A DNA stretch of 63,844 bases, the filler included, from Octopus bimaculoides (Eukaryota): assembly GCF_001194135.2 (NCBI RefSeq). It is 5 parts of 5 records of this genome, joined end to end, with 100 filler letters (N's around TTAATTAATTAA, not from the genome) between each part and the next. Parts side by side here need not be neighbours in the genome. Positions count along the whole stretch, not along the records: positions 1 to 22,673 come from NC_068981.1; 4 more parts are not named here. One strand, given 5' to 3'. Below the pieces are notes generated by a model, which saw only the letters and a program-made list of their open reading frames with translations, was not told the DNA's origin and did no database searches. Positions 1 to 13,200 of this stretch are shown here, in pieces (position 1 is the stretch's first letter; every line of letters starts with the position of its first letter). The position numbers and the translations under genes were made by a program.

Positions 1-397
1 TTTCTACTCTTTTACTTGTTTCAGTCATTTGACTGTGGCCATGCTGGAGCACCGCCTTTAGTCGAGCAAATCGACCCCAGGACTTATTCTATGTAAGCCT
101 AGTTCTTATTCTATCGGTCTCTTAGCCGAACCGCCATGTTACGGGGACCTAAACACACCAGCATCGGTTGTCAAGCGAAGTTGGAAGGACAAACACAGAC
201 ACACAAACACACACATATATATATATATACATGTATACGACGGGCTTCTTTCAGTTTCCGTCTACCAAATCCACACACAAGGCTTTAGTCGGCCCGAGAC
301 TACAGTAGAAGACACTAGCCCAAAGTATCACGCATTGGGACTGAACCTGGAACCATGTGGTTCGTAAGTAAGCTACTTACCACACAGCCACTCCTAC
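1..397 (-). mobile_element. tRNA-derived SINE, family A. Other copies near 2300-2490, 22376-22673, 26607-26750, 30337-30595, 32660-32860, 38420-38650, 51295-51660, 52500-52650, 56115-56530, 61355-61570
   Basis: Minus-strand head with A-box-like and B-box-like (GGTTCAG) motifs, internal (CA)/(TA) tract and (TAAAAGAG)n tail, repeated across the window. Confidence 0.85.
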
Positions 398-995
398 GTC
401 TATGAAAAGTATTTATATAAAATTCTTCTGAAAGATATTCATTTTCCTTAAAGTTAGGAGGGGAGAAAATCGGATCTTGGGAATTTTCCGAAAGTCCTCT
501 CTCCACCCTCCTGTTCGTTGGCACAAATTTTTGTTTTAAAATTCGTTTAATACACATTTTTTTTTACACCTATTATACTTGTTTTGTTATTTAATTTGGT
601 GGCCGGGTGTTAAAGTAAACATTAACCAAATCCTTCAATGCAGTGCCCCAGTATGGCAGCATTCCAATGACTAAAACAAGATATATCCCACTGTCCCACC
701 GAGATCGAAGTAACTAGTAGTCGGACAACGCAATACAGAGCTAGTTGATATATAGGGCAGCAGAGTTATCTCGCTTGAAAAGAAAGCCCACTTGTTTATA
801 ATATATATATTTATATATTTATACGATATATAAAATATATAAAGTAAAACATCCAAATATTTCTTGAAAAGATATTTTGATACCTATTTTCCTCTTACAA
901 CAATTACTATTATGGAATAGATCCGCTTTAGTCATAGGACTGCGACCTAGGACACCGCCTTGATGGGTTTAGACGAATTAATCGACAACAGTACT

Positions 996-1101
996 TACGA
1001 GGGGGTGTTGAAAAGTTTCTGGCTGTGGGTAAAAGAAAATACAGGAGGATCAGTTATGATTTTATTCAAAACATTCTTCTCTCACATTTACACACTTATT
1101 A
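996..1101 (+). mobile_element. Mariner-type terminal fragment
   Basis: TA followed by CGAGGGGGTGTTGAAAAGTT, resembling a mariner TIR; cut off by the next element. Confidence 0.5.
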
Positions 1102-2223
1102 CAGGACGCCCACTTGAGTTTTCTCCGTTTTGACGGGGACGTTTCCAATTTTCTTTTCACCACGGCCTTCGAAATGACGTGGGGAAGCTTTGGTTAATGT
1201 TTGCTTTTTATGTAAAAAAGTTTTTGAAAATATATGATTTTCACCTCTCCTCACCCCGTCCCGGATCGATTTTGGCAATTTTTTTTGGCACTACGCACTT
1301 GAAAACGATGGGGAAAAGAACCTCTTCAGTAAAAAAAAAATAATTTTGAAAATATTTTCAGAGAAAAAGTCGATTTAAGGGAAATTTAGCTGTTATTTCT
1401 AGCATATCCTACGACGTCCCTGGTATCTTCCTTGCTTCTTTGTATTGATGTTTTTCAATATTTTCTTCTGATAAACACATTTTATGGAATAGTAGTCCAT
1501 TACTGGGATTTAAGCACGCACAAAAAAAAATTGTAGCTTAAATTTTTAACCCCCATCCCGCATTAAGTCCGTGTATAGGGGATGGGTGGTGTGTGTGTGG
1601 TGATAGTGGTAGTGCGTGCGTGTGCGTGACGCGCGCATGTATGTAAGAAAAAATATTTATTAACAGAAAAGTATGCTATTAAAATGAATTATCTTTTGCA
1701 TACTTTTTAAAAAAAGGGTTTGCAAAAAGAAAAAATGTAAAAAAACGTTTATGAATTTGTGTTGCAAGATTCCTGATGTGAAGTCGTGTGTTGAAACATT
1801 GTATTTCGAGACGGTTATTTTATTTATTTGCAAAATAAACATATGCACTATATATTCGTTCAATAAACGAGTGAAGAACGAATATATAGTGCGTGTGTTT
1901 ATTTGGCAAAAAAAANNNNNNNNNNNNNNNNNNNNNNNNNNNNNNNNNNNNNNNNNNNNNNNNNNNNNNNNNNNNNNNNNNNNNNNNNNNNNNNNNNNNN
2001 NNNNNNNNNNNNNNNNNNNNNNNNNNNNNNNNNNNNNNNNNNNNNNAAAAAAAAAAAAAAAAAAAAAAAAATTACCATGCCGAAATACAATACGAAAAAA
2101 AAAAAAATTTTAAAAAATTTTTTCATAAAAATCTTCCCTCTATCATTTAGGCCGTAGTAAGAAAAAAAAATATTGGTAAAGTCCCCGTCCAAACAGAGAA
2201 AATCCAGCTTATGCGGGAATCCT
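1102..2223. mobile_element. Non-autonomous DNA transposon with long diverged inverted termini
   Basis: 1118-1230 is the diverged reverse complement of 2100-2205 (ttttctcYgtttKgacggggac); termini CAGGA...TCCTG. Confidence 0.55.
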
Positions 2224-3145
2224 GATCCGAAACTGCCCCCCTTTTTCTTTCTTTTGCCAAGCCGCTTCGTTATGGGATGTAAATGAATCAACATCGGCTG
2301 TGCAGTACAAACACACACACACATATATACACGACGGGCTTCTTTCAGTCTCTAATCTATCAAATCCACTCATAAAACGTTGGGTAACGCAGGCTACGGT
2401 GGAAAGCTCCAGACCCAAGTGCCACGCAGTGGGACTGAACCCGGAACTATGTGGTTGGGAAGCAAGCTTCTTACCACACAGCCACGCCTATGTTAAAAAA
2501 TGTAAATTAAGACACAAATATTTGGGATATAAACATTTAATAAAGCATGAAATATTATAAGATAGTTTGATAAATTTGTCTATTGCTAAAAATTGCAAAA
2601 TAAATTTCAACCTTCACCTCTATTTACGACATTAGTTGTTTTCGTATGAATAATGGCAGTTCATTCAGAGGGTCAGTTTTCTGTTTCATGCTATTTTCTT
2701 TGTATATATACGATTATCTATCCTTATTTACAATGAAAACTTACAATGTAAACTTATTTCATATTATTGTATTTAATTTTATTAATTTAAAGCCATGATA
2801 TTAAGAAAAGAAAATATTATCGAACGCTGTATTTGTCGCTTAGCAACTGATGGCGGTAAATTTCATAATAATCAAATTGAAGCAAATACTGTATTTACTG
2901 AAAAGATTTATCAGTGGTTACTTTATTCAAATAATTACCTTTATTATTTTAATTTTTACTTTTCATTGGATGATTTTGATTATGTTAAAAGTGTGCTATT
3001 TTGTTTTTATTCTTACCGTTCCATTCATTTCAAATCGCTGTCCAAAACATAAATAGAATGCTATGAATGAATTTACTTAATAAATTGTTAGATGTATCAT
3101 ACTTATTTAACATATTTACATTGTATTAGTCTTACATATTCACAG

Positions 3146-3189
3146 GACATAACTTAGAGTAATGACTGACGAACTCTGCGGAGTAGAAA
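3146..3189 (+). CDS. Tentative start-codon exon of the CCHCR1-like gene (ATG 3162; MTDELCGVE, phase 1)
   Basis: Acceptor cacag|3146, ATG with G at -3, donor |gtaatt at 3190. The phase 1 end joins in frame to exon 7461. A competing phase-1 candidate exists at 2795-2855. Confidence 0.4.
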
Positions 3190-3944
3190 GTAATTTAAGT
3201 TTCTGAAGCAGAAATATATACGGAATTGTTGTTATTAAGCTTTAGATCGGACCGGATTGAGCAGACACCTCTGATGAAAAGTTTTCCACCTTTGACTGTC
3301 TCGTTCTTAAAATGGTAGGGTGTGGTTTGAGCGAAATTTGGTTGCTATTACTAGCAGGTCAAGCGACGGATTAGGTACTCGCTGAAATATATACGGAGTT
3401 TTTTTTGAGGAGGAAAACAGACAAATAACGAATTCTTGCTTTTTCTCAGTACAACGTTTGACGAAGAACGTTCCATAGATGGGGGTGAATGCCCAAGTTC
3501 TATACCAGTGGTTCTCAACCTTTTCAGTGGTTCCCAACCCTCTTATTTAAATGAATTTTCCCACGGACCCCCTTTTAATATGCTTATCCTTTTCAAAGAA
3601 GCCATGGATGTAGCATGGAAATCAAAATTTACTTACGGAGACAGCAACTGAGTATCGCCTGAGGAGATACATATAAATCTTCTTATACAGGTAAATCGTT
3701 GCATAATTTGATTTAAACTTAACTTTTAAATCCTGTATATACGAGGATCTGTATGTATCGAAACATTTGTAGCGATTAAAAAGCTGCCTAACCCTACTTA
3801 CTCTTCCTTTTGACTCTTACTTTTTACTTTCACACACAAAAAATAACTAAGACTAGAATTGGTAGTATACCATAAGAAAACTACCTGCTATTTAGGAATT
3901 CTAAGGGTGAACGAGCTCTATTTGTACTCTTATACGCTCTTAAC

Positions 3945-5873
3945 AGAACACACCTCTGGTAACCGTGTCTATAAAACATTGGAATGTCTGTGCCGCGTTG
4001 CGTAAACTGAAAGGCATATGCAGGAATTCAAACATTCCAAAGGGTGTCGTGATTGCTGTTTTCAGAATATCTGCAGATTCTACAAGGATTTGATTGTAAG
4101 CTTGCACTAAGTCGATCCTTGAAAACATGTGAGCTCCATGCAGCAAGCTAGAAAAGTCCTGTAGAAGTAGGACAGGATATGCATCAGGTACAGTGCAGTT
4201 ATTTAGTAATCGATAACCACTGAAAACTCGCCAATTGGTTGATGACTTCTTAGGAATGCAGTGTATTGGTGGGGACCAGTTGCTGCAGGATGGGCAGATG
4301 ATTCTGAGGTCGAGCATGTGCTGGAATTCTCACTTGATGGTCTTGAGACAATCTGGTGGTAACCTTCAGGATCGTGCAGCAACAGGTGGATCACAGGTCT
4401 TGATGTGGTGGGTGACTTCATGCTTGATAGGCTGATATGGAATACTGGTCGAGTGACGTCTGAGTATTCTTTAAGGATAGCATTGTGATAGGTTGTCATT
4501 GTTTGCAAAATGGTTGGGCTGACTGTGGCTATACGAGTGGTTATACTGCACACAGTGAGCTGACGGGGGCTGTCGACAAGTCTTCTGTGCTTGATATCTA
4601 CCAGGAGACTGAAATGATGAAGAAAATCAGCTCCTAATGTAGGAGTTGGCAGTTTAGCAATGACGACTACCCACTGGAAAGTGCGGCATAATCCTAAGTT
4701 TAGTGTTAGGAAGTGTTCACTGTAGGTTGGAAACAGTGAGTGGTTGACTGCCTGAAGACAGACTGGTATCTCTTTTCTTTTGCCTGAATTGCAAGAAACA
4801 GGGATTATGCTGACTTCCATGCCAGTGTCAACAAGGAAACGTGTGCCTGTTACATGATCGCAAACGAAAAACAGGCGACTTTGTGGGTGAGAGCCAGGAA
4901 CTTCCATCGCATTCAATTCCTGGCTGTGTCGTTTCCTGAATGGGATGCTGAAAATGAGCATGGGATCATGCATTACTGCACCTGTGTTCTGAACTTTTGG
5001 TGGTACCAACAAGTTTTCTGTGAATTATAGGTAGCACTCAGGCTTCGGAACCATCTACCAAATCGATGCGATCAGCTGTTACTTCGATGTGGGGTACCAA
5101 GTGGCAGGGCATGTATCTGTGTTGTCAGAGCCTGCATCTGTGATGCCTGCTGTGTCATCAATGAGCACAAGTCCGAAATTTCGGAAGCACTGGTTGCGGA
5201 AAGGAAAGGCTTTGTAGGGGGAACAGCTGATGTCACAGTCAATACCATTGAATATCTATGTGGTACCTCGGCGATTTTGTCAGCTAGTTCTGCCAGTTCC
5301 TCAATGGAAGTGGATTCTCATGTGGAAGCGAGGACTACCTGCGTGTTGGAGGGCAAACACTGGAGAAAAGTTGCTTAAAAATCTTTTTGGGGAGGATCTC
5401 ATCTTCAAGAAGCTGCTTCATTCTTTGTAGAAGCTGGAAAGGCATTTTATTTCCTAATTCTTCCGATGTAAGGAGCTGGTGGAGTCACTTTTGTTGGGAC
5501 TCTGAAGTCCTGTTGATCAGGGTGGTTTTGAATGTGTCGTATGACACAGAACTGGGTGGTGCCATAATGAGATCTTGGACCATGTTCATGATCTCTGGCG
5601 ATAGGGAACTGATCACATGTGTAAGGCGAGATGCATCGCTAACTATTCAGTTGGAAGAAAACTGGGCCTCAATATGGTGAAACCATAATGCAGGATCGTG
5701 CATCCAAAATGGTGGAATCCTCAGCATAATTGCAGCCTGGAATGCCATGTTGACTGTGGATGTGTTTGTCACTGGGTTGTGTTCTGATAGAGCCATTGTG
5801 TGATGATAATTGCAGCAGTTTTCCAGTTATGATTTAGTGATGTGAAGGCTGTCATTCTTCAACGGGGTCACCA
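3945..5873 (-). mobile_element. Degenerate Ty3/Gypsy retrotransposon, CsRn1-like: PBS, gag, protease, truncated RT
   Basis: Gag from ATG 5796 (LRIPPFWMHDPALWFHHIEAQF) with stops and a frameshift. Zinc knuckle CWYHQKFRTQVQ*CMIPC at 4958-5011. Protease FLVDTGMEVSIIP. RT SPPIHCIPKK...KTAITTPFGMFEFLHMPFSLRNAAQTFQ ends before YxDD. Confidence 0.92.
5863..5873 (-). promoter_or_regulatory. Primer-binding site TGGTGACCCCG, complementary to the tRNA-Trp 3' end
   Basis: Lies 2 nt inside the LTR-terminal CA; eukaryotic tRNA-Trp ends ...CGGGGUCACCA. Confidence 0.8.
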
Positions 5874-5875
5874 GA

Positions 5876-6355
5876 TGTAGCGGGATGGTGTAGCAAAAGA
5901 TGTTGTTCGGTAGCAGATGAAATAGGCATTTGGATGACATCAAAGTAAAACGATGGGAAAGTATTGGATTGTGATTTAAATAATTTATTTAATCAACATT
6001 TGCATTTACATGTTGTATACACCAGAAAATTCACTACATGACATTACCAACTTGCTTCGAGTTGGCGAAGAAGAAAATAAATGGGAAATACTGTGTTGAT
6101 GTGATGAGGTAGAACCGGGCATGTTTTGTGTCTGTGTGTGCGTTGGTCATTCGGTGGTGTCTGTTTATGTTCTGCGACTGCTACTGTACTGGGTCATTCA
6201 TGCTGAATATATGGTTCTATGTTGGCTGCTTGACTGGCGCAAGTTAACTGCTGACTGTCTGCTTGTCTCTTGACAGTTCGCCTGGTGATGGCTATCTGTC
6301 CTATTTCTGACTGTATTTATAATGGTCATGATAGCTAGAAGGACAGACATACCAC
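5876..6355 (-). repeat. Probable 5' LTR of the Gypsy element; distal boundary uncertain
   Basis: Ends ...gctaCA next to the PBS. Minus-strand AATAAA near 5990 and TATAAA-like motif near 6318. The start could also be 6038 (tgtagtg). Confidence 0.5.
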
Positions 6356-7460
6356 AAGAGTAATTTCTACCTATGTAGGTTGCCTCCTGTCCACTTGAAC
6401 CTTAAATGACACAGCTCAGGTTGTAGGCCGAAGGGAAATCTATCCATCAGTTTTTGACAGGACAAAGAAATTTCTTTTGTGCCTGTTTGGCCAGTGGTGG
6501 ATCAGATGAACGAGAATTCTTAGATTCGGTTTTGAATCTCAGCTTGGAAAAAGGAATTGTTAGTTTTTACAGTCCACATTATTTGTTTTGAACTGGATGG
6601 ATTGAAAGCAAGTACATTTATGTGCTTTACTTAAACTATCTTCAGCATGGGTTGAGGGTTCTCTGTCTTGGAAGACTAAATATTTAACTAATTTTAGAAT
6701 AATTTCACAATTTTTCCTATGTTCAGAATTATATTTCTGAAAATAAAACTTTAAAATGAGAAACAATTCTAAATGTAAAGTGAATTGATTCTTTATATGT
6801 CCTAGCTTATTGTTAATTTTCGATATAATTTTTATACATAATACTAGTAACATGTATGGTGGTCCAAAATTTAAATTTTGAATTTAATTTTAATTATATC
6901 AAGGAGTCAAACATACAATTTCCTGTAAGTTAGACCGCCTCAGGGCCTCAGCAGACAAAATAGAAAAGGTGTTGCCCCAAAAGGTGGCAAGAGAGATGTA
7001 CTAGAACAGCCACTCTGACTCATGGGGTTTGTACTTGTGGACAGCCACCTCTACCCTGATAACAGTGAGCAAGGATATGGTTCAGGGGCCAACAATGCTG
7101 GAGGTCTTCACTGTCACAGGCTCATCCTGTCAGAAAGTGCATGATTCTGTAGATCTATTTTAAATGCTGCTCATTTAATATTTTTATGGCTGTTTTTTGT
7201 GGTACTAAACCACCATTTCTCAACAAATAACTAGATTACAAGAGTTAGTAAATCAGAAACTACTGCATAGATATTGTGTTAACAAATCTATTTTGGTGTA
7301 TATAACTTGGTAAGATTTGTAGTAACATTACATAAAACATAGCTCTTTGCTTTTGGATGTTATAAAATCAATTAATTTAACATGTTTCAACTTTAAACAT
7401 GGAAAGCAAATTTATGATAGAAAGCTTTTTTTTTTTTTAATATTTTATTGATACCTGTAG

Positions 7461-7590
7461 GAAACGATGAATTTCAACTTCTACCACCAACTGCTTTCGA
7501 GACATTTTCTGTGGTTGGTGATGCAAACAAACAACTCTTTGAAGTGAAGTCTGAAATTGAAATGTTGAAAAAGGAAAACAAAAAATTGCG
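7461..7590 (+). CDS. CCHCR1: CCHCR1-like coiled-coil protein exon (NDEFQLLPPTAFETFSVVGDANKQLFEVKSEIEMLKKENKKL)
   Basis: ctgtag| and |gtatgt splice sites, phase 1 to 2. LLPPTAF resembles the N-terminal LIPPSHF motif recalled from vertebrate CCHCR1. Confidence 0.8.
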
Positions 7591-7836
7591 GTATGTTAAT
7601 ACCAGCCTTGCTGTGGCCTTTATTATTATTATTATTATTGATTCATCCCCTCCCCAAAATTGCTGCCCTTATGGCAAAATTTGAAACCACAATTCTGTTT
7701 TGTAGGTTTAAAGGAATTACAATATTTACTTTTATTAACATTCACTAACTTTGAAAGAGTTTAAAACAATACTGACAATGTTTAGATTTAGTATTTTCAG
7801 ATTAGTAATGTTCATTCTCTTTATTGTCTCTTGTAG

Positions 7837-7870
7837 GCAGCAACAAAAAGTACAAATAAATGATTCTAAG
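7837..7870 (+). CDS. CCHCR1: CCHCR1-like exon ((R)QQQKVQINDSK)
   Basis: Polypyrimidine tract, ttgtag| and |gtaagc; phase 2 to 0 links both neighbours. Confidence 0.75.
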
Positions 7871-8079
7871 GTAAGCCAGTGACTAATTTAAATTCATTTT
7901 CTTCATTTTTGAAACTGATATTTGTATGCTTATCTATTTTGGCATGCCTATTCAAAAACATAACTTATACTGTAGGTGATGAGTCATATAATCCGTTAAA
8001 CTGTTGGGACACTACTAAAGATATTCTGTCACTGTTTTGTTTAGCTCCAGATCAGTTCTCGTTGAGTAGACCTGCTTAA

Positions 8080-8299
8080 CCCAGTAGCATTCAAACCGGC
8101 CATATCCAGGCTAAATATTCTACCTCCTTTATTTTTAAGCCAATCAGATCCAGCCTCTTACAACTACCCTACAATGTCATTCCCAAAATTAAGAGTCACA
8201 TCACACAAATCTCACAGCTATGAGATAATGCATGACTAATTTAAAACAATGTGAATAAAGAAGCTTTACATTTCACAGAGCAATCTGAATACTAAAGAG
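8080..8299. mobile_element. piggyBac-type MITE, copy 1
   Basis: TTAA|CCCAGTAGCATT left end, degenerate right end; homologous to 14298 and 21912 copies. Confidence 0.65.
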
Positions 8300-9367
8300 T
8301 GAAAAGCATTCTATCCTTGACCATTCTGTCATCTTGTATATGTAACATTATATTGTCCAGTGTTGCCTTCCTTTCTAGGATGTGATTTGAAGGCCATTTA
8401 GTTGCTATTTTTAGCAAATTGAGTACCATGCAGGTATACTGTTCCCTATGTGGTTTAGGAAAACATTATTTTTGAAGTATTATTATTATTTTTTTGCCTT
8501 GTTTTTGCTTGTGCCTTATCTGGATATCAATTGTAGAGATTGAACTCTGTTCAGTAAGCCATTCTTGTCTATTATACGATCTCTCTGTTTACATAAGTCA
8601 GTTGTACTGAGCCTATGGTATCAACTTATAACTTGTAGATTTGACTAGTTTGAAAGCTGAGTTTTCAAATCAAGAACATAACACTAGTACAGGTGAAAGG
8701 ATATGAACCAGTGATCCTTCAGCTGCCAGTCTGATGTCTTATCACCTCAGCTACAGATTCATGATCATTGTTTACAGCCCTCTTCCCTCTCACATGGGTT
8801 GGATGGTTCAACAGAATCTGACAATCTGGAGGACTTCATTGAACTCCAATGCCTGCTTTGGCATGGCTTGTGCAACTGGATACCTTTCCTAACATCAACC
8901 ACTTTAGAGAGTGTGCTGGGTGCATTTTTGTGGTACTGGCACGAGTGAGATCACCAAATAACCTTCACCGTCTTTCAGATAGTAGATGTGTAGTAGAGAG
9001 AAGACACATGGCAACCCTGTATTATTGAGTGGTTCACAGTGCCTGAAAGTGTCATATGAAGCTGCCACATTGTCTGTGATTCTCCATGTACAATGCCTTA
9101 ACATGTAACATATGAGTTGTGCCAGAGTAGAATGAATGGTTTTGAGACAGGATGTCACTTCTAATGCTATTAACCCTATGCTTTCTCTCTCTTTCACACT
9201 TGCATGCATGCACATGTGCGCATTAAAATGGGTTTAGGAAGAGATATGTAGGATTGTAGGAAGAGATGAAGAACATTCACAGTTTTTGATTTCTATAATT
9301 TCACAAAATTGAATGTGCTGTAAATGGTATTTTATAGTAATATGTATTCTAACTTCTCTATTTACAG

Positions 9368-9718
9368 TTTGTTTCTCCAACTAGTGGTGTGTCTCCCAAC
9401 ACCAATTTCTTTCAACAATCATATCTAGAAAATCTTCTTACACGTCAAGCAAGTGAGGTGTTTGAACTTAAACAGCAGATATGTCAGCTTACTACAGATC
9501 ACAGATTGGCAGTGAAGTTGGCTGAGGAACAAAAGCATTCAGAAATTAAGGAACTGATGGAACAGCAGCATATAACAACGGAAGCATTTAAACATAAGCA
9601 TTATATTCAAATTAAAGAAATGGAAAATGAATATGAACAGAATAATCAAGAAAAAGATATGTTAATTCTAAACTTAAAAACAGAACTTAAGGAGAAAAAT
9701 AATCTTTTTGAAAACCAG
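9368..9718 (+). CDS. CCHCR1: CCHCR1-like exon, 117 codons (FVSPTSGVSP...LENLLTRQASEVFELKQQI...KNNLFENQ)
   Basis: tttacag| and |gtggaa, phase 0 to 0, open E/K/Q-rich heptad frame. Confidence 0.85.
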
Positions 9719-10959
9719 GTGGAATCTTTTGTTTAGATATTGTTTCCTTAACATTTCAAATTAAAAAATTTTCAGAAAAAATATTCAGTCAATCTTTGAA
9801 TGTATAATGTATTCGTAATTTAATATCCTAGAATAAGTTTAAAGATTTTGATATTGCAAAATGTTTCTGCTGAGGAGAAACTACTTTTAATCTACAAGAA
9901 AGAATTTAACATTTGGAAAGATATCTGGTAGCTATATCAGTTTGGATTAATTTACATTTTCTTTTTTTTAATTTTGACTTGGAGGAATATCTTCTAAGTT
10001 CTGATTTGTTTATCACGAGCCATACCAGGGTGTCAAAATGGTATCTCTAATCATTGCTCTCCCGGTCTGTACTTGAATTGGTTAGTTGCCTCCCACATAT
10101 TAAGTGATCCCAGTTAGTAGCAAAATGCTTGTTGCATTCTAAGGTTGGTGGTGTGTTACTTCTGAAATACTATATTTCAGTGGCCTGTCTTTAGTGGCTG
10201 ATTGAATTCTAAGATCTAATGTTTGCTTATCAATATTCTACAGGAGGCAGCGAGCTGGCACAATTGTTAGCAAGCCTGACAAAATACTTAGCAGCATCTT
10301 GTCCGTCTGTACATTCAAAGTTCAGATGCCACCAAGGCTCTCTTTCTATTTTGATATTAACTGGACTTTCTTGTTTCCATTGTTTTCTGCCTCTGGCTTT
10401 CTTATTTATGTTGTCCTTGGAAATAGAACTTAAGAACATAGAAGTTAAAATATTGGTTTCAAATTTTGGCACAAGGCCAATAATTTCAGGCAAGGGAGTA
10501 CATCAGCCTCAATGCTAACTGGTACTTATTTTTTTGACCCTGAAAAGATGAAAGGCAAAGTTGACCTTGGCGGAATTTAAACTCAGAATATAAATTTACC
10601 CAGCATGCTAGTGATTCTGCCAGCCTGCCACCTTTATAGAGGTTAAAATATTAAAGATTTACTTGAATAAAAAAATGTACCAATTGGTTTTAGGGGTAAC
10701 TTTCATGTTTGGTTTCATGAAGCCTTTCCAAACCTTTTATGAAGATCTTTTGTTTGAAATTCTCACCTGATAAACATATAGTAGAATATATACTGATTTG
10801 TAAATGGTCTACATAAATGACAATATCTCATATCAAGCAGTTAAAAAAATGTAAGGGACTGGAGGCTAGCAGTTAGATGAATTAGCAGAAATGTTCCATT
10901 TTTATTATTTTTCAGATTTATTTTTGTTTTCAACTTAAAGCTATAATTTGTCTTTTCAG

Positions 10960-11135
10960 ATAAGAGTTCTTAATTGTGATACTGATGTACATATAAGAAG
11001 TCAAGGTGAAACTATTCACATTCTACGACAACAATTAGAAACAGCTGGAGTTGAAATTAAACAACAGAATGAACAGTTAAAAAACGCAAAGGATTCTTTT
11101 GCAGTGGAGATTTTGCAGAAGGATGAAGAAATTTG
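10960..11135 (+). CDS. CCHCR1: CCHCR1-like exon (IRVLNCDTD...LQKDEEI)
   Basis: ttttcag| and |gtgatt, phase 0 to 2, coiled-coil composition. Confidence 0.85.
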
Positions 11136-12379
11136 GTGATTAACTTTGCTTTATTTTCAGCTTCTTTCATAGTGTCAGAGAAAAGGAAAGCAAAATTTTA
11201 CATTTCAATTTTATCATTAATTAGAAAAACTCCTGCTGTCGTCCAAGATTTATTCCATGGTGCTCTATTGCCACTAATCCTGACTATCTAGCACATATAA
11301 AATTCTGTTTATTTGTCAAAATGTCGGTGATCCCACTGCATCTTTTGTATATATCCAATGTGCTTACTTAATATACCATATCAGTTTCCTGTATTCTCTC
11401 TTTACTACATATTGAACCAAGTCAATTCCTGTCTAGCACCTGGAATTACTATTCGCAGTTAATTATTAGCATTTTATTGGCACTTTTCTCTTGTTAACTT
11501 TTATGCCTTTAGATTGTAGAATAGGATCTTCCAATGTTGTTGTTTAGCTCTAATTGCGACCATCCTGTCTTTATATATATCAGTTGTTATATTGACCAGT
11601 ACCTCCATTTTTTAAGATGGCAAGCTGTGATTTGAAAGGGAGATTTGGTTCTTATTCTGAATGAGAATCCAAGCATTTCTCTAAAATGTTATTTCTAATT
11701 TTAAAAAATTATTTTGTTATTCTTGTTTAATTCCAAACCAGGAATTAGTCCAGCAAACTTATGATCAAAGGCATTCCTGATATGACCATACCATTTTATA
11801 TATTTTTATCAATAACTACATTGACCAATCTATTCTGTTTTGAAAATTTTAAATGGTAGAATCTGATTCAAGGGAGATTTGGTTGTTATTTGTAGAATGT
11901 CAGAGAACTATATAGAGGCTTCCTTGTTGGTTTGTCACTGGTCAGTTCTGAGTGAGCAGATAATGATCAAAGGCCTTCCAGCTATTATCATCTGATATTT
12001 TTCTGGGTATTTTGTATCTAGGAATATAAAATCCATTGTGTCTCTCTGTTTGAGGGCAATTTGGTTGGCTGTTCCTCTCAAAATTCCAAGCAACCATTAC
12101 CATATATGATTGTGTGAGTGTTAGGGTGGTGAATTGGCAGAATCAGTCAAGGATCTGCAATGTGATATTTATTTATGTCTCTTTGCATTCTGAGTTCAAA
12201 TCTCATCAAGGTTGACTTTATCTTTTGTTTTTTTGTGGCCAATAAAATAGGTATCAGTCAAGTACTGAAGTAAATATAGACTATAATCTTCCCTTAAACT
12301 TTGTGGTCCATGTTTAACAGCTATAAGTTTGTACTTTGTTAATTTTTAAATGTTTCATTTCCCTAATTTTTCTTTTCAG

Positions 12380-12515
12380 TTCTAAAAGCAGGGAAATCAA
12401 AAACTTAAACCAGCAGATACAACAGTTAAAGACATATATTGGTGACACTGAGAATGTGCCAAGATCTATAGAAATATTGGAAACAGATAAAGAAGTGCTG
12501 CAAAGCAGACTAAAA
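12380..12515 (+). CDS. CCHCR1: CCHCR1-like exon ((C)SKSREIKNLNQQIQQLKTYIGDTE...QSRLK)
   Basis: ttttcag| and |gtatgt, phase 2 to 0. QLKTYIGD resembles recalled CCHCR1 NLRKYVGE. Confidence 0.85.
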
Positions 12516-12789
12516 GTATGTCTATTAATTGAATATTTTTTTCATTTATTCATATATTATTTGTTTAAACAAAAATATGCATGTAGTGTTTAATAAATGG
12601 GCATATTTTTCTTATTCATGTATGTATATTCAAGGTGCACTAATTATACACATATACCGATGATGATAATGATAATACCCTATTTCTACCAATTTTTGTA
12701 CTTACTAATTTAGTATATTGTTATATAACATCCATCCACCCATTCATCCATCCATCCACCCATCCATTCATCTTCTCTGCCCACTGTTC

Positions 12790-13200
12790 TTGGAGTAGAG
12801 TCCTGAGGCACCTCCTTCATAGAGTTCTATCAGATGCAACTGTCATTAAATTTTCCGGCAGGATTCCCCAGTGTGACCAACTGAGACTATGGATATCATT
12901 CAATCATCCTGTTCCTGATTTACTCTTAGGTCTCCTGCCAGTTGGCTCTACTTAAAGAATCTATCTTAAGATTCTTTCTTGCAACATTCTAATCACATAT
13001 CTGTAGTGTTGGAACAATGACCACTCAATGTGGAGGGGTAGCAGGTTTACCTGGAGTGACTCCCTGATCTCTGAGTTATACATCCTGTTGAGTAACATTA
13101 CACTAGAAATCCTTCAAATGAGTTCCATTTTGGATGCTTGTATTCACAGTTGCACTCTTTCAGTCAGTACCCAAATTTATGACTCTAGGTGAAGATAGGC
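12790..13200 (-). mobile_element. Old RTE-type LINE fragment
   Basis: Minus-strand translation PTGRRPKSK...LNDIHSLSWSHWGI resembles the RTE C-terminus; heavily degenerate. Confidence 0.45.

Noticed and set aside
3166-3190. CUGACGA-ACUC(UGCG)GAGU-AGAAAG hammerhead-like string
   Set aside because: No stem III with an NUH site and no stem I can be drawn in type I or III topology; it overlaps the candidate start exon.
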